Positions 36,602 to 47,554 are shown, numbered from the stretch's first letter. The stretch is 64,000 nt of DNA from Candidatus Moranbacteria bacterium GW2011_GWE2_35_2- (GCA_000990585.1 LBQD01000003.1:79504-143503); one strand, 5' to 3'. Numbers and translations: made by a program. The notes: generated by a model from the sequence alone, not told the origin.

Positions 36602-37110
36602 TTCACCTCCATGTTCTTTTTTGGAAGATAGCAATATTCATCTTCCACGATAGCAGGCACATTAGATATTTTTTCAGGATTTCTGGGGTTCATCATTGAG
36701 AATATGATGATTTCTTTTGTACAGAAATTTTCTCCCGAATCATATCCAACGCGCAACCCGAAGGATTTTCTCGGCCCGATTGCATCGTGCACCTCTTTGG
36801 TGTCGATGACTATCAAATACTTGTCTGCCGATCCATCATTTTCTTCAAAAACTGATATCCCTCGGGTGAAGAATTTCCCCGGTTGATCCTCTGTCTCCCA
36901 TAGAGCAACAGGATTTGCCGCTCCGCTGAGTTCCATCCCAATTTTTATAATAGCAGGATTTTCTCCCTCGCGGAGGGGAATGACCTGGAGTTTTGTAATC
37001 CTGATTTCTTCGGTTATTATTATCACAGAAGAGTTCGGAATTTTTGCACTGGCATTAATTGCCAGCAATAACGAACAGAAAAAACAAACAGCAATGATTA
37101 GTTGTTTCAT
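36589..37110 (-). CDS. Secreted hypothetical protein
   Basis: Signal peptide ending ASA. Confidence 0.7.
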   Translation of the reverse strand: MKQLIIAVCFFCSLLLAINASAKIPNSSVIIITEEIRITKLQVIPLREGENPAIIKIGMELSGAANPVALWETEDQPGKFFTRGISVFEENDGSADKYLIVIDTKEVHDAIGPRKSFGLRVGYDSGENFCTKEIIIFSMMNPRNPEKISNVPAIVEDEYCYLPKKNMEVKWQP

Positions 37111-37395
37111 TTTTTATTCCTTAAATGTATATTGTTAAAAAACTGTAAAAAATACCAGCCAACTCGGTATTTTTTTGTTATTATTTCTCCCTAGTATATG
37201 CCAAAACTTCAATCACATCAAATTGCTGATATAATTATCAACGATAGCATATTTTGGGAAAAAAGTCAAGATTTTTGCATGGATGGTGATAGTTTATTTT
37301 TTGATGTATAAAAAAGAACCGCACCCTTGTTTTTTTCTCGGTTGAGAATTGGGGAGCGGTTGGTCTTGTGAGTGGGACTTGGAATAACGCGATGG

Positions 37396-37839
37396 TTATT
37401 TAATCCCTGCGTATCCGTGAAATAACTCGCAAATATCAGGTGGGAGTTCAGAGATGTAAGGCAAGCATTTTTTTTGAAAAACATCATATCCGGCCGAAGA
37501 ACGATGTACGAAGTAAGATCCATCCTCGTTATAATGCATTGTCCTGATTATTCCTTCAGTTCCATTTGGGGAAATGATGATGATTTGTTCGACGTCATTT
37601 CCATTGAAGCCGCGGTCAGTGGCTTCAATTTTGATTCCCTTGTTGTCTTGTCGGGTGTAGATTCGGCATTCGATGCCTGTTGCTACACTTAAGGAATAAG
37701 ATTTTTTCCAGTAAGCGTTGCTGTCATCTTCTATTTTCTCCCAGGTTATTTCTTTAGCGGTAAGTGGCATTGCCGAAAAGAAGAAGATTGCGAAAAAAAT
37801 AGCGACGACAAAAACCAAGCTTGTTTTTTTTGCGGACAT
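37396..37839 (-). CDS. Secreted hypothetical protein
   Basis: GGAGG SD and signal peptide. Confidence 0.7.
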   Translation of the reverse strand: MSAKKTSLVFVVAIFFAIFFFSAMPLTAKEITWEKIEDDSNAYWKKSYSLSVATGIECRIYTRQDNKGIKIEATDRGFNGNDVEQIIIISPNGTEGIIRTMHYNEDGSYFVHRSSAGYDVFQKKCLPYISELPPDICELFHGYAGIK

Positions 37840-38017
37840 TTTTGAGCCTCCATTTGTTAAGTTACGGCAACTCAACTACATAGGACTTCTTATAATTTAA
37901 TAGTATATTATTTTTTCAAAGAAAAAGCAATGCTCCTAAAAAAACATTCACGCATAAAAAAGGCCGCCTTTCGCACGATGTGCTAGGGCGACTTTTTAGA
38001 TGTCGATGATGTGACAT

Positions 38018-38386
38018 CTATTCGGTAGGGAGGGGTTTTTCGGCAAATTTTCTGATGACAGGCGCTAAGTCAATCCTTTGAGGTGTTGGCCTTAGGACCA
38101 TACGGTCTTCATCAAAACGATACCCATTTTCTTCCCCGGTTTCATAAGTTTTTACCAGTTGGAAAATGGGAGTCTCGAAAATTACCAATTCACAACTCAT
38201 CATGTTCCCATACCCTATGCATATAATTTTATCTTCAACCTCTTTTTCTATTTTAGCCTGTTCCTCCTTAGTCAGAGGAGGAGTATTGGTAATGCGTGAT
38301 GATGTGTATACTGCAACAATGATCAACGCTACAAACAACGCCACATTTTTCGATTTTGTCAACCGCACAATCAAAAAACAGCTCAT
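38018..38386 (-). CDS. Hypothetical membrane-anchored protein
   Basis: N-terminal hydrophobic segment; hairpin downstream. Confidence 0.55.
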   Translation of the reverse strand: MSCFLIVRLTKSKNVALFVALIIVAVYTSSRITNTPPLTKEEQAKIEKEVEDKIICIGYGNMMSCELVIFETPIFQLVKTYETGEENGYRFDEDRMVLRPTPQRIDLAPVIRKFAEKPLPTE

Positions 38387-38410
38387 TTTAGCTGTTTTTT
38401 CTTTTCAATG

Positions 38411-38482
38411 TTGGGGCGGTAGGATTCGAACCTACGCGTGGGGGCTTCAAAGGCCCCTGCCTTACCGCTTGGCTACGCCCCA
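38411..38482 (-). tRNA. tRNA-Gln(TTG)
   Basis: Cloverleaf TGGGGCG...GGGGC-CTTTGAA-GCCCC...GGTTCGAATCC; CCA not encoded. Confidence 0.95.
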
Positions 38483-38589
38483 AAATAATTTTTTAACTTT
38501 CCTTTTAAAAATTCTCTTCCATATCCTGTTTTATAAAACATTTCCATATCTCTGGCATCTTTTTCATTTACGTGTCCCCAAAATATACT

Positions 38590-40245
38590 TTATTGCTCTT
38601 CCACGATCTTTCCGCCGAACATTTGAGCGGCGTCTTGAAGGAGGGAGGCAGTTTCGCTGAGCTTGGATGCTTGTTGTGAATATTGGGAAGCGCTGATTTT
38701 TTTGCTTATTTTTACTCCCGCTTCTTCTTCGGTGGCAATGTTGATTTTACAGTCAACCTCTAAGATTTTATCGAAAATTTGCTTGATTGTCAATCTATTT
38801 TGCGGTTCATTGAATTTTTCTTTATAGAAAGAAAAAGCGGTGGCAATAGTAATAACATTTCCTTCGGTTTTGACTGCTTCGCAATTAGAAAGAAACGCCG
38901 CCAAAGAATGATTAGTCGGGCGAATTTGGGAAAGAAATTTATTCCAAACTGTCTTTACTTCACTCAAATCAATATCTTTTTTTAGGTATGCGGTTTTTTC
39001 TTTTGATTTTTTTGCAGTGTTTTGAATATTATTTTCCGGAGCGATTTTAACTTCCGCGACTTTTTCTTGAATTTTTTTCGAGAGAATATTTTCCTTGTTT
39101 TGTTTTTCTGACTTATTTGAAGTAGGGTGGTCGGGGGCAGTTTCTGGAATATTTTTTTTATCGGCAATTTTAACCATTGCGATTTCCAGTGGAAGTTGAG
39201 GCAGGAACGATGATTTTATTTTATTTTGCGCTTCTGCGAGAATTTCAATCGCGAAAATAATGTTTTCCAAAGATGTTTCTTTGACAAGTGAGGTTATTGA
39301 TTTAAATTGTTCCGCGGTGAAATTTTTGGAAATTTCTGACATTTCGGGATTAATGCAAAGAAGCATAGTTTGGCGTAAATAATTCAAGAGAGCTTTTCCG
39401 AAAACTTCTAAATCAGCTCCGTTTTTAACAAGCTCGTTCAATAATAAAAGTGATTCGGATGTTCGTCCTTGGAGTAACAGATTTGCCATTTTTTCCGTTT
39501 CATTGCGGGAAGTTGTTCCGAGAATTTCTTGGACTTCCGCGGAGGTAATATTTTTATCTTCCAAGGAAATGATTTGCGCTAAAAGCGATTCAGCATCGCG
39601 CATTCCTCCTTCGGCGGCAAGAGCGATCATTTCCAATGCTTCTTTTTCAATTTTAACTTTTTCACTTTTAGCAATAGAAGAAAGTTTTTGAATTATATTA
39701 TTCATCGAAAGGCGAGAAAAATCAAAACGTTGACAGCGAGAAAGAATAGTTTCCGGTACTTTATGGATTTCGGTAGTTGCCAGAATAAAAATTGCGTGAG
39801 CAGGAGGTTCTTCTAGTGTCTTAAGTAAGGCATTGAATGCTCCAGAAGAAAGCATGTGCACTTCGTCGATGATATATATTTTGTATTTTCCGATAGCTGG
39901 TGAGAGCTTGACGGTTTCGCGCAATTCGCGGATATTTTCCACACCAGTGTTGGAAGCGGCGTCAATTTCGATAATGTCCATTGATTTTCCTGTGGATATG
40001 AGTTGGCAGGATTGGCATTTTTCGCAAGGTTCGTATTTGTTTCGATCTATACAACTGATAGCTTTGGCAAAGATACGTGCTAAGGTTGTTTTTCCCGTTC
40101 CGCGTGGTCCGGTAAAAAGATAGGCGTGTCCGATGCGACTACGAACAATGGCGCCGGAAAGTGTTTTGACAATGTGTTGTTGCCCGATAATATCGGAAAA
40201 TTTCTGCGGTCGGTATTTCCGGTATAATGTAGTTGAATTATTCAT
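38590..40245 (-). CDS. dnaX: DNA polymerase III subunit gamma/tau
   Basis: LYRKYRP, GPRGTGKTT, IIDEVHML, SRC. Confidence 0.98.
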   Translation of the reverse strand: MNNSTTLYRKYRPQKFSDIIGQQHIVKTLSGAIVRSRIGHAYLFTGPRGTGKTTLARIFAKAISCIDRNKYEPCEKCQSCQLISTGKSMDIIEIDAASNTGVENIRELRETVKLSPAIGKYKIYIIDEVHMLSSGAFNALLKTLEEPPAHAIFILATTEIHKVPETILSRCQRFDFSRLSMNNIIQKLSSIAKSEKVKIEKEALEMIALAAEGGMRDAESLLAQIISLEDKNITSAEVQEILGTTSRNETEKMANLLLQGRTSESLLLLNELVKNGADLEVFGKALLNYLRQTMLLCINPEMSEISKNFTAEQFKSITSLVKETSLENIIFAIEILAEAQNKIKSSFLPQLPLEIAMVKIADKKNIPETAPDHPTSNKSEKQNKENILSKKIQEKVAEVKIAPENNIQNTAKKSKEKTAYLKKDIDLSEVKTVWNKFLSQIRPTNHSLAAFLSNCEAVKTEGNVITIATAFSFYKEKFNEPQNRLTIKQIFDKILEVDCKINIATEEEAGVKISKKISASQYSQQASKLSETASLLQDAAQMFGGKIVEEQ

Positions 40246-40322
40246 ATATTATGATAATAGCATTTTTTGATTAAAAATAAAAATCCCCGCTTTGTGGAGC
40301 GGGGAGGTGGGGTATTTAGTTG

Positions 40323-40781
40323 TTATTTTTTGAAAACCCAGAATTTATAGCCGATGAAGTTCCAGAATAGTCCGACAGCGGTTCCGGCAAGACCGCCTAT
40401 GCTTACCCAAAGTTGATCGGTAAGGAATTTCAAATTGACAAATTCATTAATTGGTTCCTTAAGGTATGTTACTGTTATGGTTGCGACTGAAACATTAATT
40501 AACATTCCAATTATACTCACAAATATAAATTGAGAAAACTTTCTTCCTTCGTCTTTCTTGGATTTATCTTGGAATGTCCAATGTTTATTCAAAAAATAGC
40601 TGAAAGTCACTGCTACTAAAAATGAAACTCCTTTTTGGATTCCGTAGCCGGCCCCGTCTTTTATTCCTGTGGTCATTGTTTCTATATTAAGCACTACCAA
40701 ATCCACTCCTGTATTCATTACACCGATAACGGCGAATCGTAGAAATTGACTAAGTGACCTTTTTGTTTCTTTTGTATCCAT
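40323..40781 (-). CDS. GtrA-family membrane protein
   Basis: QFLRFAVIG...WNFIGYKFWVF. Confidence 0.88.
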   Translation of the reverse strand: MDTKETKRSLSQFLRFAVIGVMNTGVDLVVLNIETMTTGIKDGAGYGIQKGVSFLVAVTFSYFLNKHWTFQDKSKKDEGRKFSQFIFVSIIGMLINVSVATITVTYLKEPINEFVNLKFLTDQLWVSIGGLAGTAVGLFWNFIGYKFWVFKK

Positions 40782-40813
40782 TTTTTAGGTAAGTATTTTA
40801 TTTTATTATTTTT

Positions 40814-41584
40814 TCAATTTCCGGCTTTTTCTTTTTCAATTTCTTTTTTTATTTCTTCAATATCAAGCGCCCAGTCGTCCATATCGCTATTAGAATGGTT
40901 ATCTTCTAATGCGTCTTTTTCTTCCGGTTGCGATTCGTTATTTTCCTGAACTTCAATATGTTCATTGTCGGAATGATTATTTTCAAGCTGTTGAATCGGG
41001 GGAATGCTGTGAGTAGTTCCTTTTTGCAGAACATTTTCAATTGCTGCCCATTCACTGTTGATGTTTTTCGGGACAACAATAACAACTTCGTCTCCCGGTT
41101 CAATTTTAAAATAGGTAATGGAAGCCAACAGAATGCGATAAGGTTTTCCTTCGGCAATGACAAAATAATTTTCATTTTCGTCTTGTCCGATAATGCCGAT
41201 AATATTTTTTCTTTCGGCTGGACCGATTTGTTTGTAGATAAAAGATCCATTGGAAGAAATTGTGAGCTTGAGCATATCTCCTTCAACGAGTTTTGATTTC
41301 GACGCATAATTTGCCGGAACCGGATATTGTTTTCCGTCCGTTCCTACCATTATTTGACCGTCAAATGTTCCTTGGATTATGTTTGATTCCGCATATTCTT
41401 CGTCGACTTTTCTTCTTCGTCCCGCTTTCTTTTTTCCTTCCAAATTCAAAAGCATGGCTTTGGCGCTTTGAATGGTTTTCTCGGCGCTATTGATTGTGTC
41501 GCGCAATGCCTCAATTTGACGTATTTTATTTTCTTCAGTCATATCAATAGCCGAAGCTTTTGTTTTTTTGTTTTCTTTTTTCAT
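40814..41584 (-). CDS. Conserved hypothetical protein
   Basis: GTFDGQIMVG...YPVPANYASKSKLVEGD; acidic tail. Confidence 0.8.
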   Translation of the reverse strand: MKKENKKTKASAIDMTEENKIRQIEALRDTINSAEKTIQSAKAMLLNLEGKKKAGRRRKVDEEYAESNIIQGTFDGQIMVGTDGKQYPVPANYASKSKLVEGDMLKLTISSNGSFIYKQIGPAERKNIIGIIGQDENENYFVIAEGKPYRILLASITYFKIEPGDEVVIVVPKNINSEWAAIENVLQKGTTHSIPPIQQLENNHSDNEHIEVQENNESQPEEKDALEDNHSNSDMDDWALDIEEIKKEIEKEKAGN

Positions 41585-42013
41585 TTTTATTTTTAAAATT
41601 GGACAAATCCAAAAAGAAAAATTCCCCCCAAGATTTGCAATTTTTATTGTTAATAAAATTATATAGTGTTTTTAAAAATATGGCAACTTTATTTTAAATA
41701 TTTATCAAAAATGTGCTATTATTATATTGTATATTACGCAGAAGTGAAAAAAGATATTTTGCAGATGGTGGAATAATCGCTTGGTTTGATGATAATAAAT
41801 AATATTTTGTGCGTTGCGTTTTCAGGTGGCACTTATTTTGATAGGTTATCAGGGGAAATACAAAAAAATCAAAAAATTCCTCAAATAAAGAAATAATATT
41901 GAAAAAATCATCAAGAAAAATAAACAAAATTTTTAGATAAATATCGTTAGATTTAGGTAAATTATTGTAGATTGTTCAAGATAAAAATTTAATTTTTTTA
42001 AGCGAATATTTTT

Positions 42014-42274
42014 ATGCAAATGATTAACGTTATCAATATTAAATGTGGAGGGTGCGAGGCGGGAATTAGGAGTGTGTTGGAAAAAGAAGGGTTTACGAAT
42101 GTGATAGTCAGCGTGCAAAATCAGACGGTTTCTTTTGAAAATGGCGATATGGAAAAAGCCAAACAGATACTTTCTAAAATGGGTTATCCGCAGGTATCGA
42201 GCAAAGAAGCGAAAAGTTTGACAAAAAAAGCCAAATCATATCTATCTTGTGTAATCGGAAAAATGAAGAGATAA
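42014..42274 (+). CDS. Heavy-metal-associated (HMA) domain protein
   Basis: IKCGGC metal-binding motif; MGYP. Confidence 0.85.
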   Translation: MQMINVINIKCGGCEAGIRSVLEKEGFTNVIVSVQNQTVSFENGDMEKAKQILSKMGYPQVSSKEAKSLTKKAKSYLSCVIGKMKR

Positions 42275-42284
42275 AAATTTTATC

Positions 42285-42293
42285 TGTGGATAA
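42285..42293 (-). promoter_or_regulatory. Consensus DnaA box upstream of the mraZ promoter
   Basis: TGTGGATAA is the reverse complement of TTATCCACA. Confidence 0.55.
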
Positions 42294-42342
42294 CTTGAAA
42301 AAACCTCTCATTTGGGCGGTTTTTTTTGTTGGTGAAAATGTG

Positions 42343-42403
42343 TTGACGGCTGGATGGTGGTGGAGTAAAATAGAGGTAAGTGTTGACAGGTGGAATTAAG
42401 TGG
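42343..42403 (+). promoter_or_regulatory. mraZ promoter and MraZ operator repeats
   Basis: TTGACG-N17-TAAAAT; GTGT-N6-GTGG-N6-GTGG. Confidence 0.7.
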
Positions 42404-42439
42404 TGAATTTAGTTTGCGATAATTCCTAATTCCTAAAAT

Positions 42440-42874
42440 ATGTTTATTGGAGAATACCAGCATTCAATAGATCCGAAAAAAAGGTTGGCAGTGCCTTCTA
42501 AGTTTCGCGGTGAATTGGGAAACAAAATTGTGGTAACTCGCGGGCTGGACAGATGTTTATTTGTGTATCCGATGAAAGTTTGGGAAGAGATTGCCGGAAA
42601 ATTAGGAAGCCTCCCAATGGGAGAATCGGCAACTCGAAGTTTTGTTCGTTTGATGCTTGCCGGAGCGATTGATGTGGAAATTGACAAACAAGGAAGAGTT
42701 CTGATTCCTGATTATTTGAAAGATTATGCCGGACTAGGAAAAAATGTGGTTATTGCGGGACTATTCAATCGATTAGAAGTTTGGGCGGAAAAAAATTGGA
42801 ACCAGTACAAAACCAAAGCGGAAAAAAATACCGATGAAATAGCGGAGCAACTCGGGAAGCTGGGAATCTATTAG
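42440..42874 (+). CDS. mraZ: Division/cell-wall cluster repressor MraZ
   Basis: DPKKRLAVP, DKQGRVLIP. Confidence 0.97.
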   Translation: MFIGEYQHSIDPKKRLAVPSKFRGELGNKIVVTRGLDRCLFVYPMKVWEEIAGKLGSLPMGESATRSFVRLMLAGAIDVEIDKQGRVLIPDYLKDYAGLGKNVVIAGLFNRLEVWAEKNWNQYKTKAEKNTDEIAEQLGKLGIY

Positions 42875-42879
42875 GATTA

Positions 42880-42980
42880 ATTATCAATTTTAAATTTTCA
42901 AACAATTTTCAATAACTCAATGAATTAATTTTAAAATTAAAAAATTAGATATTGTTTGAAAATTTAAAATTTGAAATTAG
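42880..42980. repeat. AT-rich heptamer-based imperfect inverted repeat
   Basis: TTTTAAATTTTCAAACAAT...ATTGTTTGAAAATTTAAAA. Confidence 0.7.
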
Positions 42981-42987
42981 AAATTTA

Positions 42988-43968
42988 ATGCAAAGTATTC
43001 ACAAAACGGTTTTACTAAGGGAAGCGATAGAAAATTTACAATTAAAAAGAGGAATGGTGGTTGTGGATGCGACTTTGGGCGGGGGCGGACATTCTCGCGA
43101 AATTATAGATAAAATTGGAGAAGCAGGAATTTTTGTAGGTTTTGATAGAGATATTAGTGCCTTGGAAAAGTTTGCGGAATTTCCAATTTATAATTTCCAA
43201 TTTCCAAATGATTCGCAAATACCGATATTTAAGAAAGATAATATTTATTTGGTTAGTTGCAATTTTTCAGAGATAAAGAAGGTTTTAGAAATTTTAAATT
43301 TTAAAGAAGTTGATGCAATTTTAGCGGATTTTGGACTATCATCCGATCAATTGGATGATGCCGATAGGGGATTCGGTTTTATGTCTGATGGACCGCTTGA
43401 TATGCGGATGAATAAAATTGATACGAGTCAAAAAACAGCGGCGGATGTGGTGAACAATTATTCCGAGCACGCTCTGAAGCGAATAATAAAAGAATATGGT
43501 CAGGAAAATTATTCCGGCAGTATTGCCAGGAAAATTGTTAAAACTCGCGCGGAAAAAAAAATCGAAACAACAGGAGAATTGGTGAATGTGATTGCAGGAT
43601 CGGTTCCGGGAAAATATCGTCATAGAAAAATTCATTTTGCAACCAGAACGTTTCAAGCGCTCAGGATAGAAGTGAATAATGAATTGGAAAGTATCGAGAA
43701 ATTTTTACAAGATTCAATAGATATTTTGAAAAAAGACGGAAAATTGACAGTGATTTCTTTTCATTCGGGAGAGGATCGGATTGCAAAAAATATTTTTCGG
43801 GAAAATGCAAGGGGATGCATTTGTCCGAAAGAATTTCCAGTTTGTCGTTGTGGAAACGAGCCACAAATAGAAATAATCACGCGCAAGCCGATTGTTCCAT
43901 CGGAAGAAGAAATTAATAAAAATCCGCGTTCAAGGAGCGCTAAACTCCGAGTAATAAAGAAAATATAA
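42988..43968 (+). CDS. rsmH: 16S rRNA m4C1402 methyltransferase
   Basis: DATLGGGGHS, PLDMRM, NPRSRSAKLR. Confidence 0.97.
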   Translation: MQSIHKTVLLREAIENLQLKRGMVVVDATLGGGGHSREIIDKIGEAGIFVGFDRDISALEKFAEFPIYNFQFPNDSQIPIFKKDNIYLVSCNFSEIKKVLEILNFKEVDAILADFGLSSDQLDDADRGFGFMSDGPLDMRMNKIDTSQKTAADVVNNYSEHALKRIIKEYGQENYSGSIARKIVKTRAEKKIETTGELVNVIAGSVPGKYRHRKIHFATRTFQALRIEVNNELESIEKFLQDSIDILKKDGKLTVISFHSGEDRIAKNIFRENARGCICPKEFPVCRCGNEPQIEIITRKPIVPSEEEINKNPRSRSAKLRVIKKI

Positions 43969-43999
43969 TAAAAATATTCTTTGGGGGGATACAAAGAAT

Positions 44000-44389
44000 A
44001 TGAGAAACAAAAACAAAAAAATTATCAATGGAGGCGGTTATTGTTATTTCAAACAGCCTGCTTTTGCGCGTTCTGAAAATGTTTCCGCTGTAAAAATAAG
44101 ATATAATTGCGGATTCATTAATATGAAGGTAATACTGGTTGTTTTGTTTGCATTTATGGGTGGCGCGTATCTTTATTTTGTCAATGGAAGCGCTATTAAA
44201 GGTTATCAAATAAAATCAATCGAAAAAGAAATAAATGCATTGAAGAAGGAAAATGAGAAACTGAAAATTGATGAAGCCGAATTGAATTCCTTGCAACATA
44301 TTGAAGAAGCAAGTAAGAATTTTATCAATATGGCACAATCAGATCAAATAGTATATATCAAAGAAGATGGACCAATGGCATTGAGATGA
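44000..44389 (+). CDS. FtsL-like division protein
   Basis: TM segment plus coiled coil, located between rsmH and ftsI. Confidence 0.7.
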   Translation: MRNKNKKIINGGGYCYFKQPAFARSENVSAVKIRYNCGFINMKVILVVLFAFMGGAYLYFVNGSAIKGYQIKSIEKEINALKKENEKLKIDEAELNSLQHIEEASKNFINMAQSDQIVYIKEDGPMALR

Positions 44390-46179
44390 AATTCTTAGGA
44401 TGTAAGACAAGGAATGAGCTTATGAGCGGAAGAATGGTAAAAAAAACTGCAAACAAATATTGTTCTTCGGAAAACTGGAGAATTCATTTTTTGGCGTTGT
44501 TGATTTTTTTGATTTCAGGCATAGTAATTACGCGCTTATACTGTCTTCAAGTTTTGGCGTATGAAAACTATGTGGAAATTGCGCGCGACCAGCATCAAGT
44601 GTTCAAAGAATTGATGCCTAGTCGGGGAAGTATTTTTTTGCGGGATAAAAATGGAGGAAAATATCCGTTGGCAATAAATAAAAATTACCCTATGGTATAT
44701 GCCGTACCTAGGGAGATAGGCGATCATGAAAAAGTTGTCTATGCTTTGTCTTCGATTCTTGGAATGAGCGAGGATGACATTAGAAAAAAAATTTCTAATC
44801 CTGATGACGTATTTGAAATCATAAAGCATCGACTTTCCGATGAAGAATCATTGAAAATAAAACAACTCGATGATTTAGGAATAAAACTCGTTGATGAGAG
44901 TTTTAGATATTATGTTGGAGGAGAGTTGGCATCGCAGGTGGTTGGATTTTTTGGAAGCGACGGTGAAAAATTCAGAGGCAGATATGGAGTGGAAGCTTGG
45001 TGGGAGGATAGTCTCAGAGGAGAACCCGGGTCACTTAGTCAGGAAAGAGACGCCGCCGGAAGATGGATATCGATTGCTGATCGACAATTGAATCCAGCCA
45101 AGCAAGGAGTGGATCTTGTTCTTACGATGGATTATGCGGTGCAATATGAGGTGGAAAAAATATTACGAGAAGCGATGGAAAAGCATGGAGCGGATGATGG
45201 CGCGGTTTTAGTAATGCAACCCAAAACGGGAAAAATTTTAGCGATGGCGGGATGGCCGACTTTTAACCCAAATGAGTATTCAAACGTAGAAGATATGTCG
45301 ACATTTTTGAATCCGTCCATAAGTATTCCTTATGAGCCGGGCTCTATTTTCAAGCCGGTGACTATGGCAATTGGTATTGATGATGGAAAGATTGAGCCGG
45401 ATACGGAATATGTGGATAATGGTTTTGTGAAAGAGGCGGGTTATACTATTAAAAATTCTGAGGATAAGGTATATGGGAAACAAACGATGACACAAGTCTT
45501 GGAAGAGTCAATTAATACAGGGGTAATTTTTGTGGAAAAATCAGTGGGCAATAAAAATTTTTCCCAATATGTGAGTCGCTTTGGTTTTGGCGAGAAGAGT
45601 GGAATAGACTTGCCGGGAGAATCTGCTGGAAATATAAGTAATCTTAAGGCTATTAACCGGGATATACAGTTTTTTACTGCGTCATTCGGACAAGGAATAA
45701 CCGCAACTCCATTACAAATGGCAAATGCTTTCTCGGTGATTGCCAATGGTGGGGTTTTGATGAAACCGCAAATTATTGATAAGATAGTTTATACGGATGG
45801 AGAAGAGGATGATATTGCGCCTGTGGAGATTCGAAGGGTTATTACCGAAGAAACAGCGAAAAAGGTTTCGCAAATGTTACGTAGTGTTGTAGTGAACGGG
45901 CATGGCAAGCGGGCTGATGTCGCGGGATATTTGGTTGGAGGAAAAACTGGAACTGCTCAAGTGGCAAAAATGGATTCTAAGGGATATGAAGACGGAATGA
46001 CAATCGGATCTTTTGCCGGTTTTGCTCCGCTGGATGATCCGATGTTTACGGTTTTGGTTAAAATAACCAATCCGAAGGACGTGCAATGGGCGGAGTCCAG
46101 CGCGGCTCCGGCTTTTGGAAAAATAATGAAGTTTTTATTGGAGTATTATGATGTTAAACCGACGGAAGTCGTGGAATAA
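44386..46179 (+). CDS. ftsI: Class B penicillin-binding protein (FtsI)
   Basis: EPGSIFK, SIN and KTGT motifs. Confidence 0.92.
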   Translation: MKFLGCKTRNELMSGRMVKKTANKYCSSENWRIHFLALLIFLISGIVITRLYCLQVLAYENYVEIARDQHQVFKELMPSRGSIFLRDKNGGKYPLAINKNYPMVYAVPREIGDHEKVVYALSSILGMSEDDIRKKISNPDDVFEIIKHRLSDEESLKIKQLDDLGIKLVDESFRYYVGGELASQVVGFFGSDGEKFRGRYGVEAWWEDSLRGEPGSLSQERDAAGRWISIADRQLNPAKQGVDLVLTMDYAVQYEVEKILREAMEKHGADDGAVLVMQPKTGKILAMAGWPTFNPNEYSNVEDMSTFLNPSISIPYEPGSIFKPVTMAIGIDDGKIEPDTEYVDNGFVKEAGYTIKNSEDKVYGKQTMTQVLEESINTGVIFVEKSVGNKNFSQYVSRFGFGEKSGIDLPGESAGNISNLKAINRDIQFFTASFGQGITATPLQMANAFSVIANGGVLMKPQIIDKIVYTDGEEDDIAPVEIRRVITEETAKKVSQMLRSVVVNGHGKRADVAGYLVGGKTGTAQVAKMDSKGYEDGMTIGSFAGFAPLDDPMFTVLVKITNPKDVQWAESSAAPAFGKIMKFLLEYYDVKPTEVVE

Positions 46180-46231
46180 GATATGAATCAGGAAGCAGGA
46201 ATTAAGAATTAAAAATTGTTTATATGTGTTT

Positions 46232-47548
46232 ATGAAAAGTAAATCAAAGAAAATTCAAATATTAGAAAGAATATTGCGTTTTTTGGCGCGCGCGGTTATT
46301 GCTAAATATGATCCGAAAATTATTGGTATTACCGGTTCGGTGGGAAAAACTTCAGCTAAAGAAGCGATAGTTTTGGTTTTAGGATCAAAATTTCGTGTGC
46401 GAGGAAGCGAAAAAAACTATAACAATGAAATTGGAATCCCGCTTACTATTTTAGGATCTTATGGCGGTGGCGCTTCTTTTTTTGGATGGATGCGAGTTTT
46501 TGCGAAAGGAATTTTTTTACTGATTTTTCCATGGGAATATCCGGAAATTCTAGTGCTTGAAATGGCGGTTGATCGTCCGCAGGATATGGATTATTTACTT
46601 TCCTTCGTTTCGCCGAATGTAGGAGTAGTTACTAATATTTCTTCCAGTCACGGAGAATTTTTTGGTAGCCTTGAAAATATCACCAAAGAGAAGTGGAAGT
46701 TAATTGAAAGTGTGAAAAAAGAAGGCGTGGCAATTATCAATGGCGATGATGAAAATATCGTTAAAGCAAGGGATGGTTTTTCCGGCAGAGTTGTTAATTT
46801 TGGTTTTCAGGAAGGAGTAGAAGTGCAAGCGACTGATGCTAATTTTAATTATTTCGACAGAAAAATTTCTGGAATTAGTTTTAAACTCAATCATCAAGGT
46901 AAGATAATTCCTTTCAGATTGCCACATATCTTGGCGTTTCATCAAGTATATGCCATACTGGCGGCGATTTCAGTAGGGATGCAATTTAGAATAAATTTGG
47001 TTGAAATGGCTCAGTCGTTGGAAAATTTTTTTCCGCCTTGCGGAAGAATGAATTTGCTTGAGGGAAAAAATAAAAGCAATATAATTGATGACACATATAA
47101 TTCTTCTCCGACTTCCGCATTGGCGGCTTTGCGAGCTATGGCAACAGTTTTGGCGCGCAGAAAAATTGTTGTCCTGGGAGATATGTTGGAATTGGGAAAA
47201 GAATCGGAGAGGGGACATTTCGAGGTTATTGCGGAAGTTTTTTCATCTGGAGCGGAATTGTTTTTTTCGGTGGGACGAAGAATGAGAGAAGCAACACGAG
47301 ATTATTTGAGATCAGCGGGTAGAATGGATATGGATGGAAAAAAAGTTTTGTATTTTTCCGATCCGGTTTCTTGTGCAAGAGAACTGAAAAAAATTGTTGA
47401 GCAAGATGATTTGATTTTGGTCAAAGGATCGCAATCAATGAGAATGGAAAAAATTGTCGAGGAGATTATGGAAAAACAATTTGATGCGCGCGAATTATTG
47501 TGTCGCCAATCAAAAGAATGGAGAAAAAAGCCTTTTGTTGAGCCATAA
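46232..47548 (+). CDS. murF: UDP-MurNAc-tripeptide--D-Ala-D-Ala ligase
   Basis: GITGSVGKT, NNEIG, DDTYN, GDMLELG, LVKGS. Confidence 0.95.
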   Translation: MKSKSKKIQILERILRFLARAVIAKYDPKIIGITGSVGKTSAKEAIVLVLGSKFRVRGSEKNYNNEIGIPLTILGSYGGGASFFGWMRVFAKGIFLLIFPWEYPEILVLEMAVDRPQDMDYLLSFVSPNVGVVTNISSSHGEFFGSLENITKEKWKLIESVKKEGVAIINGDDENIVKARDGFSGRVVNFGFQEGVEVQATDANFNYFDRKISGISFKLNHQGKIIPFRLPHILAFHQVYAILAAISVGMQFRINLVEMAQSLENFFPPCGRMNLLEGKNKSNIIDDTYNSSPTSALAALRAMATVLARRKIVVLGDMLELGKESERGHFEVIAEVFSSGAELFFSVGRRMREATRDYLRSAGRMDMDGKKVLYFSDPVSCARELKKIVEQDDLILVKGSQSMRMEKIVEEIMEKQFDARELLCRQSKEWRKKPFVEP

Positions 47549-47554
47549 TCAGCC

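Noticed and set aside
36380-38482. Integrative element or integron at tRNA-Gln
   Set aside because: No integrase, no duplicated tRNA 3' end and no consistent attC-like sites.
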